IMG/VR virus record: IMGVR_UViG_3300008113_000146
Span: 1 to 52,875 of that record
Length of the DNA stretch: 52,875 nucleotides
DNA from: a virus
Lineage: Duplodnaviria > Caudoviricetes
Strand: one strand, 5' to 3'
Translations under genes and position numbers: made by a program
The notes under the pieces: generated by a model
What the model was told of the DNA's origin: nothing
What the model saw: only the letters and a program-made list of their open reading frames with translations
Databases searched by the model: none
Part shown: positions 5,926-15,100 of the stretch, piece after piece
Layout of the letters: each line of letters starts with the position of its first letter
Numbering within the stretch: the first letter of the stretch is position 1

Positions 5926-6942
5926 ATGAATATATCTTATTATACGATCAAAGCAGGGCTTAATCCTGCTGTAGGATATGGTTACGCTGGTAAAAATATA
6001 GTTAAATCTTTAAATAATCTAGGATATGAAGTTTCTTATGCTAATCCAAAATCTAATATACAAATAAACTTTACACAACCACATCATTTTAAATTTCATA
6101 AAGGTCAGTATCAAATTGGATACACTCCATGGGAATCTACATCTATGCGACCAGATTGGGTTGAAAGATTTAACCTTTGCGATGAGGTATGGACAACATC
6201 AGAGTGGTGTGCACAGGTATTTAAAGATAATGGAATAACAAAACCAATATATGTTTATAAGCACGGCATAGAAGATTTTTGGAAGCCTAAAAAAAGAGTA
6301 TTAAGAGAAGGTCAGCCGTTAAAGTTTTTACATATTGGAGAGCCCGCACCAAGAAAAGATGCACAGGTAGCGGTAGAAACATTTGCAAAACTTTTTGGTA
6401 ATAATCCAAATTATCATTTAACAATTAAAGCTCATCATTACAATACAACAAGAGTCTATGGGCCAAATAATGAATTTGGAAGTCCAGAACAAGTTTACAA
6501 TAACATAACATTGATAACTGAAGAATATACTGAAGCTGAATTGTTAAATTTGTATTACAGTCATCACGTTCTTATCTATCCGTCCTGGGGAGAAGGATTT
6601 GGGTTTATTCCACTACAAGGATTAGCAACTGGAATGCCAGTTATCTCAACTTATGATTGGGCTCCATATGAAAAATACATTGGTCCTTTAAAATTAAAAT
6701 CTAAACTTACGGATGAGGGTTTGCCAAAGTCTGTTGGAGATCCATACATTGGAAAAATGTTTAAACCAGATAAAGAACATTTAGAAGAACTAATGTATGA
6801 AGCAGTAATTAATTATAAAGCTTATGCTGGATATTATTTTGCTCAGTCGACTAAAATTCATGAAGAGTATAACTGGGATCAGTTGACCAATAATGCTTTT
6901 AAAAGATTAAAGAAAAAATTTACAAAGCCTCTTCCCCTTTAA
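5926..6942 (+). CDS. Glycosyltransferase, GT-B fold, family 4-like
   Basis: FLHIG..APRK, YPSWGEGFGFIPLQGLATGMPVI. Confidence 0.9.
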   Translation: MNISYYTIKAGLNPAVGYGYAGKNIVKSLNNLGYEVSYANPKSNIQINFTQPHHFKFHKGQYQIGYTPWESTSMRPDWVERFNLCDEVWTTSEWCAQVFKDNGITKPIYVYKHGIEDFWKPKKRVLREGQPLKFLHIGEPAPRKDAQVAVETFAKLFGNNPNYHLTIKAHHYNTTRVYGPNNEFGSPEQVYNNITLITEEYTEAELLNLYYSHHVLIYPSWGEGFGFIPLQGLATGMPVISTYDWAPYEKYIGPLKLKSKLTDEGLPKSVGDPYIGKMFKPDKEHLEELMYEAVINYKAYAGYYFAQSTKIHEEYNWDQLTNNAFKRLKKKFTKPLPL

Positions 6943-6951
6943 AACGTTGTT

Positions 6952-6960
6952 TGGTAGAAT
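6952..6960 (+). promoter_or_regulatory. Extended -10 promoter for nrdJ
   Basis: TGGTAGAAT; an identical element lies at 8952-8960. Confidence 0.6.
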
Positions 6961-7016
6961 AGGATCTTCACACTAAATTAATCAAACCGCAAGGCGGAGA
7001 AAAGGTAGACTTATAA

Positions 7017-8951
7017 ATGTCAAAAACTATTGCTAACCCATATGAAAATTTCATTGCATTATCAAGATATGCAAGATGGATCTCAGAAGAAAATCGTCGT
7101 GAGACTTGGGGAGAAACAGTAGATAGATATTTTTCTTTTATGCTTAACCACCTTAAGCATAATCATAATTATATTCCAGATGAAAAGCTTGTTGCGGAAT
7201 TAAAAGACGGTGTATTTCAAAGAAACGTCATGCCATCAATGCGCTCCGTCATGACTGCAGGAGCTGCATTAGAAAGAGACAATGTTGCAGGATATAACTG
7301 CTCATTTGTTCCAGTAGACTCACCTCGTTCATTTGATGAGACAATGTATATTCTTATGTGCGGTACAGGTGTAGGGTTCTCTGTTGAATACAAGTATGTT
7401 AATAAGCTTCCTGCCCTTCCAGATTCATTTGAAAAATCAGATACAGTAATTGTTGTAGAAGATTCAAAGCAAGGCTGGGCAAAAGCATATCGTGAACTAC
7501 TTGCTTTGCTATGGACAGGACATATTCCAGCAATCGATGTTTCAAAAGTAAGACCAGCTGGTGCAAGATTAAAGACAATGGGTGGTCGATCATCTGGACC
7601 ACAACCACTTGTTAATCTTTTTGATTTTACAATTGCAAAGTTTAAGAATGCAGCAGGTCGTCAGCTAAAGCCAATTGAGGCACATGATATTATGTGTAAG
7701 ATTGGAGAAGTTGTTGTTGTCGGAGGTGTTCGTCGTTCAGCAATGATTTCACTTTCTAATATTAATGATATTGAGATGGCAGCAGCAAAGTCAGGTAACT
7801 GGTGGGAAAACAATACACAACGTGCATTATCAAATAATTCAGTTGCTTACTCTCGCAAACCAGAGATGGAGCAATTTATAGCAGAATGGAAAAATCTTTA
7901 TGATTCAAAATCAGGAGAACGAGGTATATACAATGTGGCCGCAGCTCAAGCCCAAGCAGCCAAGTATGGAAGAAGAGATCCAGATATTCACTACGGAACT
8001 AACCCGTGCTCAGAAATTATTTTACGTCCTTACCAGTTTTGTAATCTTTCAGAAGTCGTATTACGTGAAAAAGATACAGTTGAGGAGGTTGCAAACAAGG
8101 TACGCCTTGCAACGATTCTTGGGACATGGCAATCAACACTAACAGATTTTAAGTATCTTCGTAAAATTTGGAAAGACAATACTGAAGAAGAGCGTTTACT
8201 AGGAGTATCGCTTACAGGTCAGTTTGGCCATAAGTTCTTTTCTGGAAAACAAGATATTAATAAGCTTGAGCAGACATTGTCTGGTCTTCGTGAATATGCA
8301 AGAACAATTAATACAGAAGAGGCTGGGAAAATTGGGATTCCTGAGTCTGCAGCAATTACATGTGTAAAGCCTTCTGGAACAGTATCTCAATTGGTCGGGG
8401 TATCTTCAGGAATGCATCCATGGCATTCACCGTATTACATTCGTACAGTACGTGGCTCAAAGGGAGATCCAATCTCTACATTCTTAAAGGAAGTTGGTAT
8501 TCCAGTTGAAGATGATGTAATGAAGCCAAATGATACTTACGTATTTTCATTTCCAGTAAAAGCACCAGAAGGTGCAATTGTTAGAAATGATTTAACAGCA
8601 CTAGATCATCTAAATACATGGCTAGTTTATCAACGTGCATGGTGTGAACATAAGCCTTCAATTACAGTTTCTGTAAAAGAAGAAGAGTGGATGGAAGTTG
8701 GTGCTTGGGTTTATAAGCATTTTGACGAGGTATCAGGAATTTCATTCCTACCGCATTCAGATCACACTTATAAGCAAGCTCCATACCAGGAAGTTTCAAA
8801 AGAAGAATACGATGCCTTGCTTGCACAAATGCCAAAGTCTATCCGTTGGGAAGACTTGTCATTCTACGAGACAGAAGATGGAACATCTACCAATGCTACG
8901 CTAGCATGCACATCTGACGGCAATTGTGAGATTGTGGATATATCCGCTTAA
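7017..8951 (+). CDS. nrdJ: Class II (adenosylcobalamin-dependent) ribonucleotide reductase, monomeric RTPR-like
   Basis: YNCSF, VVVGGVRRSA, GTNPCSEI, CNLSEV, TCVKPSGTVSQL and a C-terminal Cys pair; no beta subunit gene is adjacent. Confidence 0.93.
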   Translation: MSKTIANPYENFIALSRYARWISEENRRETWGETVDRYFSFMLNHLKHNHNYIPDEKLVAELKDGVFQRNVMPSMRSVMTAGAALERDNVAGYNCSFVPVDSPRSFDETMYILMCGTGVGFSVEYKYVNKLPALPDSFEKSDTVIVVEDSKQGWAKAYRELLALLWTGHIPAIDVSKVRPAGARLKTMGGRSSGPQPLVNLFDFTIAKFKNAAGRQLKPIEAHDIMCKIGEVVVVGGVRRSAMISLSNINDIEMAAAKSGNWWENNTQRALSNNSVAYSRKPEMEQFIAEWKNLYDSKSGERGIYNVAAAQAQAAKYGRRDPDIHYGTNPCSEIILRPYQFCNLSEVVLREKDTVEEVANKVRLATILGTWQSTLTDFKYLRKIWKDNTEEERLLGVSLTGQFGHKFFSGKQDINKLEQTLSGLREYARTINTEEAGKIGIPESAAITCVKPSGTVSQLVGVSSGMHPWHSPYYIRTVRGSKGDPISTFLKEVGIPVEDDVMKPNDTYVFSFPVKAPEGAIVRNDLTALDHLNTWLVYQRAWCEHKPSITVSVKEEEWMEVGAWVYKHFDEVSGISFLPHSDHTYKQAPYQEVSKEEYDALLAQMPKSIRWEDLSFYETEDGTSTNATLACTSDGNCEIVDISA

Positions 8952-9004
8952 TGGTAGAATATTAGTATTGGGACAAAATCCCAAAATTCTAGGGCACACG
9001 GCCC
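8952..9004 (+). promoter_or_regulatory. Extended -10 promoter and two-hairpin leader for the holin
   Basis: TGGTAGAAT; TTGGGA/TCCCAA (8968-8984); GGGC/GCCC (8992-9004). Confidence 0.55.
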
Positions 9005-9020
9005 AAAGAAGGAGATTAAG

Positions 9021-9248
9021 ATGAAAAAAGATCTTAACAAGGACGGAAAGGTTACAATGACAGAAGAGATTTTAGCAGCGCTTGGAACATATGCTCGTGC
9101 ATTTCTTTCAGCAGCAATTGCTCTTTACATGACTGGTAACACAAATCCAAAGGATTTGTTGATGGGCGGAATTGCAGCCGTCGCACCAGTAATCTTGAAG
9201 GCTCTAAGCCCTAGCAATAAAGAATTCGGCTTTAAGTCAGACAAGTAA
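9021..9248 (+). CDS. Putative holin (two TM segments)
   Basis: Two hydrophobic helices (TYARAFLSAAIALYM; LLMGGIAAVAPVILKAL) and a charged C-terminus. Confidence 0.65.
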   Translation: MKKDLNKDGKVTMTEEILAALGTYARAFLSAAIALYMTGNTNPKDLLMGGIAAVAPVILKALSPSNKEFGFKSDK

Positions 9249-9254
9249 TTTAAT

Positions 9255-9307
9255 CTAGATTAGGAACGCTCCTGTGCTAAAATAAGCATAGGAGTTTTCC
9301 TATTTAG
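9255..9307. other. Long imperfect hairpin (about 22 bp) with an extended -10 at its apex
   Basis: CTAGATTAGGAACGCTCCTGTGCT-AAAATA-AGCATAGGAGTTTTCCTATTTAG; TGCTAAAAT at 9275-9283. Confidence 0.7.
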
Positions 9308-9320
9308 GAGATTTTAGCAA

Positions 9321-9668
9321 ATGGCAGTACAAAAAAATTTCGAAGTAGATCAAAATACTACTTTTAGTTTTACACTTGAATACAAAGACAATGCTGGCGC
9401 ACCAATTAATTTAACAGGCGCATCAGCAAAGCTTCAAGTACGTGATAAAAAAGGTGGTACTCAACTAGCCTTTTCTCTAACATCCCCATCTGGTGGCATA
9501 ACCATAGATCCTTTACTTGGTAAGCTAACAGTAAAAATGACTCCTACTCAAACAAGCAAGTTATTCTTTCCAAAGTCTGAATACGATTTAATGTTGACAG
9601 ATTCTAATTTAAATAAAACCAAATTACTAGAAGGATTTATAACTTTGAGTAGGAGTGTAACCATTTAA
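9321..9668 (+). CDS. Virion structural protein, beta-sandwich adaptor-like
   Basis: PINLTGASAKLQVR...YDLMLTD...KLLEG pattern typical of phage fibre-attachment proteins. Confidence 0.7.
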   Translation: MAVQKNFEVDQNTTFSFTLEYKDNAGAPINLTGASAKLQVRDKKGGTQLAFSLTSPSGGITIDPLLGKLTVKMTPTQTSKLFFPKSEYDLMLTDSNLNKTKLLEGFITLSRSVTI

Positions 9669-10141
9669 TGATTGAAAATGTAATTGTCAACCAAACCGTA
9701 AATCAAGTATCCGTAGTAGAAAATAAAAATGAGATAAAGATTGCCTCTCCTGGCCCACAAGGTCCTAGAGGACGTACTATTCTTAATGGAGTAGGTGCTC
9801 CAGCCGCAAATCTAGGAATAGAAGGAGACTTCTATTTTAATACTGAGAATAATAATTTCTACGGACCAAAGCTGTCAGATACCACTTGGTCTACAGCTAC
9901 AGTAATTGATATAGCAACAACATCAGATCTAGGAAAAATCATGTCGTGGGAAATTGGTCAGGTTACTGGCACTTCTGGGTCATACTCAGTTGTTCTCCAA
10001 CATAACCTCGGATTCCATCCAAATGTCACAGTAAAAACAAGTGCTGGTGATGTATTGGAAACTGGAATCGATTATAATAGTATTAATCAAATAACGCTGC
10101 TTATGGCTCAACCATTCGCAGGGACAGCGTACCTGTCTTAA
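9668..10141 (+). CDS. Structural protein with a short collagen-like motif
   Basis: PGPQGPRG, G.EGDFY, HNLGFHPNV. Confidence 0.7.
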   Translation: MIENVIVNQTVNQVSVVENKNEIKIASPGPQGPRGRTILNGVGAPAANLGIEGDFYFNTENNNFYGPKLSDTTWSTATVIDIATTSDLGKIMSWEIGQVTGTSGSYSVVLQHNLGFHPNVTVKTSAGDVLETGIDYNSINQITLLMAQPFAGTAYLS

Positions 10142-10153
10142 GGAGTATAGAAA

Positions 10154-11716
10154 ATGGCAAGATTATTCGTAACAGGCATTAATTTAAACAAAAATGAATT
10201 ACAAAATGCCCGCATCCAAAACTTAGGTTCAGCACCTCTGTCACCAGTAGAAGGTCAGATTTATCACAATACATCAGACCACACACTTTATTTCTACAAT
10301 GGTTCTGAGTGGATCCCTGCTTCAGGTTCTGCTGAAGTAATTCAAGATATCATTGGTCAATACGTTCTAGGCGGAACAGCTTTATCAGCAGTATACGACG
10401 ACAATGCTGGAACACTAACATTAAACTTAGATAATACTGCAGTTGCAGCAGGTAATTATGGATCTGCAACAAAGATACCAACATTTACAGTAGATGCACA
10501 GGGCAGACTAACAGCTGCTGGTGAAGTAGATGTAGCAACAACTCTTGCAATTGCTACAGATTCTGGCACCTCATCAATTGATATATTAACAGAAACACTC
10601 ACAATTGCTGGCGGAGAAGGAATTGACGTAAGTGCTTCTGGCAATACAGTTACAGTGTCTGCAGAGGATGCAACTTCAAGTAATAAGGGTGTTGCAAGCT
10701 TTGATTCAACAGACTTTACAGTAACATCAGGCGCAGTAACATTAAATGCTGAGCGTGTACAAGATATTGTTGCTGATGAAATCCTTGGCGGAACAGGAAT
10801 CGATGCAACATACAATGATTCAACTGGAAAGATATCAATTGATATTGATTCAACAGTTGTAACTAAAGATGATCAGCAAACTTTAACAAACAAGGTTCTT
10901 GGAACTAACGTAGATCTTGGTGCAGATTTAGATGCTACATCGCATAAGATTATAAATCTTGCTGAGCCAGTTAACCCACAAGATGCAGCTACAAAGAATT
11001 ATGTAGATAGCGCAGTTTCTGGTTTAGACTGGAAGTCAGCAGTGCATCTTCTTTCAACATCAAATATTTCAGATTTGACAGATCTTGCATCACTAACAAT
11101 TGATTCACATCCATTAAATGATACACACATTGGATATAGACTGTTATTGTCTGGACAAACAACAGATGCAGAAAATGGTATTTACCATATTGTTGCTGGC
11201 GGAACATCAGGAACAATCAGTCTTGTAAGACCAACAGATGCAGATACACATCAGGAGCTTATTGGCTCAGCAGTATTTGTTATGGAGGGTACCAACTACG
11301 GTAACACATCTTGGGTACAGTCAAATCACTACCTAACGACATTTGCTGGACAAGATTGGGTACAATTCTCTGGTGCTGGAGCATACATAGCAGGCGCTGG
11401 TATGACTCAAGATGGAGTAACATTTAATGTTGCTACAACAGCTGGTTCTGGAATTATTGTAAATGCTAATGACATAGCAATTGACACAACTCTTGTTGCA
11501 AGAAAGTATATTTCTTCAATTGGAGACGGAACAGCTCTTTCTTACACATTAACACATAATTTAGGGACAAGAGACATTCAAGTTCAAGTCTATGATAATG
11601 CATCTCCATATGCTCAAGTTGAAACAGATGTAGAGCATACAAGCACAACAACTGCTACAATTAAGTTTGCAGCAGCTCCAACAACAAATCAGTATAGAGT
11701 AGTTATTGTAGGATAA
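10154..11716 (+). CDS. Fibre/decoration-like structural protein
   Basis: T/A/G/D-rich; [24 protein letters not shown] and THNLGTRD fibre motifs. Confidence 0.8.
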   Translation: MARLFVTGINLNKNELQNARIQNLGSAPLSPVEGQIYHNTSDHTLYFYNGSEWIPASGSAEVIQDIIGQYVLGGTALSAVYDDNAGTLTLNLDNTAVAAGNYGSATKIPTFTVDAQGRLTAAGEVDVATTLAIATDSGTSSIDILTETLTIAGGEGIDVSASGNTVTVSAEDATSSNKGVASFDSTDFTVTSGAVTLNAERVQDIVADEILGGTGIDATYNDSTGKISIDIDSTVVTKDDQQTLTNKVLGTNVDLGADLDATSHKIINLAEPVNPQDAATKNYVDSAVSGLDWKSAVHLLSTSNISDLTDLASLTIDSHPLNDTHIGYRLLLSGQTTDAENGIYHIVAGGTSGTISLVRPTDADTHQELIGSAVFVMEGTNYGNTSWVQSNHYLTTFAGQDWVQFSGAGAYIAGAGMTQDGVTFNVATTAGSGIIVNANDIAIDTTLVARKYISSIGDGTALSYTLTHNLGTRDIQVQVYDNASPYAQVETDVEHTSTTTATIKFAAAPTTNQYRVVIVG

Positions 11717-11718
11717 AA

Positions 11719-12144
11719 ATGTCAAAGAAATTTTTAACACCGATAGCGCCACCAGCACTTACTACAGATCCTTCTGTAGCAGTACCTGGTGCAATTTATT
11801 ATAATAGCGCTACTGGCAAGTTAAGAGTTTATTCTGGCACAGAGTGGGGAAATGTATCTGCTGGGGTTCCAGTTTTAGCGGAAGCACCAATTAATCCTTC
11901 TTTAGGAGAATTATATTTTGATACATCAGAAAATACATTTAAAGGGTATAATGGACAAGTTTGGTATGATGTTGCAGGACCAAAAGAAATCCTTGAGCAC
12001 ACACACAATGGAACGACTGGTATAGTTGAAGAAGTAAACTATGGTGAGTATGTTGATGATTCTAGAATTTTTGCAAATTCAGGAAATGTCTCTTCATCTT
12101 TTATAAATGATTATATAGACGGAGGTAATGCAAGTGGCAATTAG
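11719..12144 (+). CDS. Small structural protein
   Basis: Two GxxYxxxxxxxxxxYxGxxW modules; ends IDGGNA. Confidence 0.7.
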   Translation: MSKKFLTPIAPPALTTDPSVAVPGAIYYNSATGKLRVYSGTEWGNVSAGVPVLAEAPINPSLGELYFDTSENTFKGYNGQVWYDVAGPKEILEHTHNGTTGIVEEVNYGEYVDDSRIFANSGNVSSSFINDYIDGGNASGN

Positions 12145-15100
12145 AATTCAATTACGTAGAGATACAGCAGCAAACTGGGCTACATACAATCCCATTCTTC
12201 GTGCAGGAGAAATTGGTGTTGAGACAGACACACAAAGAATTAAGATCGGTGACGGAACAGGAACCTGGTCATCAAGACCTTATATTAACGTACTTCCATC
12301 AGAACTTACAGAACTATCTCAAGACGCAGTTAATTCAGCCCTTACAGCTGGAAACGGCATTACAAAAGTTTATGACGATGCAGCAAATACACTAACCCTA
12401 TCAGTAGATACATCTGTTATTGCAAATAAAACATATGTTGACACAGCAGTTTCTAATTTAATTGACTCAGCCCCTGGAGTATTAGATACACTTAATGAAC
12501 TTGCTGCAGCAATTGGCGATGATGCTAATTTTGTAACTACAATAACAAATAATATTGCAACTGCTAAATCTGAGGCTATAACTGCTTCAAATCTATATAC
12601 AGACGGTAGAGAGACAGCAGAAATTGCAGCAAGAAATGCAGCAATTCTAGTAGCTATCAATGCTCTTACAACAACAGATATAGAAGAAGGAACAAATCTT
12701 TATTTTACAGCAGAAAGAGCACAAGATGCTGTAAACGATGCACTTGTTGCTGGAAATGGTATTACAAAGTCTTATGATGACACAGCTAATACAATAACAA
12801 TTTCCGTAACTGACTCTGTTATTACAGAAGCCGCACAAGATGCAGTAAATTCTGCTTTAACAGCGGGAACTGCTTTAACTAAAATTTATGACGACTCAAC
12901 AAATTCTTTAACAATTAATTTAGATGATACAGCAGTAAATCCAGGAGCTTACGGGTCACAAACAAAGATTCCTACATTTACCGTAGATCAACAAGGTAGA
13001 CTTACAGCAGCTGGAGAAGCAGATGTTGCTACAACCCTAGGCATATCTGGAGATACTGGCAATACTTCTATCAATCTTTTGACAGAAACAGTTCAGGTAT
13101 CTGGTGGAGAAGGAATTGATGTTGCAGTAACTAATAATACAATTACTGTATCAGCAGAAGATGCTACTGCAGGCAACAAGGGTGTGGCATCGTTTAATAT
13201 AACTGACTTTACTGTAACAGGTGGAGATGTAGCAATCAACCATGAGATGATCCAAGACGTAGTTGGTGAAATGGTAAGCACAAACTCAGAATCTGGTATC
13301 TCTGTTACATACGATGACACAAATGGTAAATTAGATTTTAATGTAGCAGATCCAACAATCACACTTTCTGGAGATGTAACTGGTTCTGCAACAATGACTA
13401 ATCTTGGTAACGTAACAATTACCACTGCAATTGAGCCAAACTCTGTAGCTTTAGGTACAGACACAACTGGAGATTATGTAGGCTCAATTTCTGGAACAAC
13501 AAATGAAATTACAGTTTCTGGTTCTGGAGCGGAAAATGCTGCGGTAACAATAGGTCTTCCAGATGATGTAACAATTACTAATGACTTATCTGTAGGTGGA
13601 GATCTTGTTGTTAGCGGAGACTTTACTGTAAATGGCACTAACTTTGCAGCAAGCGCAACATCTATCACAATTGAAGATAATATGGTTCAGCTTGCCCATC
13701 AAAATCCAGCAAATACAGTTGACCTTGGTGTTGTAGTTGCTTACAATGATGGAACAGCAAAACACTCAGGTATTGTTCGAGATGTTTCAGAAGATAAATG
13801 GAAGCTTTTTAAGGGTGTAACAACAGAGCCATCTACAACAGTAGACTTTACACAAGGCTCACTTGATAATTTAAAGGTAGCTGGTTTAGAAGCTTCTTCT
13901 CTTACAGTGGGAGATGTTTCTAATACAGAAATTGGATATTTGAACGGAGTAACATCTGGAGTCCAAGGACAAATTGATCTAAAAGCACCTCTTGATTCAC
14001 CTGATCTAACTGGAACACCAACTGCTCCAACTGCAACTGGTACAACCAATACAACACAGATTGCAACAACAGCTTTTGTTCAAACAAAGCATGGCGAAGC
14101 ATTAGATTATACAGATGCAGCAATAATCACACTTGGAAATACTAGTACTAGCACTTATGTTCCTTTGTCTAGCCTTGAACAGCCAGACGGAGTTGCAACA
14201 TTAAATAGTTTAGGTAAAGTTCCACTTACACAAATTGATACCTCTTTAATCCAAGAAAGAGTTACAGGTATTACAGATACTGAAATTGGTTATCTAAATG
14301 GCGTTACATCAAATATTCAAACACAGATTGACACCAAGGCAAATTCATCAGATATTACCGAATTAGCGCAGGATGCAGTTAATACTGCAATTGTTGCTGG
14401 AACTGGTTTAGACAAAACTTATGATGATGTTGCAAATACAATTACAATAGACATTGATTCTACTGTAACAACAAATTCTGGCACACAAACATTATCAAAT
14501 AAGACGTTAGAAAGCCCAACTATCAATGGTGCAACTATTGGCGGAAACATTGTTCCGTCTTCTAATGGTGTTTATGACCTAGGATCAAGTACAAATAAGT
14601 TTAAGGATCTGTATTTATCAGGAGCTACACTATACTTAGACACAGCGGCTCTACAGCTAGATACTGGTAATATAAAGTTTAGCCATAGTGGAAATTCTAC
14701 AACAATTCCAATTGGTGGCGGAAACCATACAGTAGCTACACTTGATGGTGTACAGACAATAAATCATAAGACATTTAATACTCCAAAGATAAATGAAGAT
14801 GTTGCTTTAACCGCAACTTCAACAGAACTTAATATTTTAGACGGAGCAACATTATCTACAACAGAGTTAAATTATGTAGATGGTGTAACATCAGCAATTC
14901 AAACACAAATTGATACAAAGGCTCCGCTAGCATCACCAGCCCTAACTGGCACTCCAACAGCTCCAACAGCGACTGCTGGAACTGATACTACTCAAATTGC
15001 AACAACAGCATTTGTTCAAGATGCAATTGAATTAGTGGTTGGTGCAGCACCAGCAGCATTAAATACTTTGAGCGAATTAGCTGATGCATTAAATGATGAT

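Noticed and set aside
6961-7016. Cobalamin riboswitch or NrdR box before nrdJ
   Set aside because: The leader is only about 50 nt with one small hairpin (CCGC-AAG-GCGG); no B12-box or NrdR consensus
7017-8951. Intron or intein in nrdJ
   Set aside because: The 644-aa frame is continuous, motifs are normally spaced and no insertion is evident
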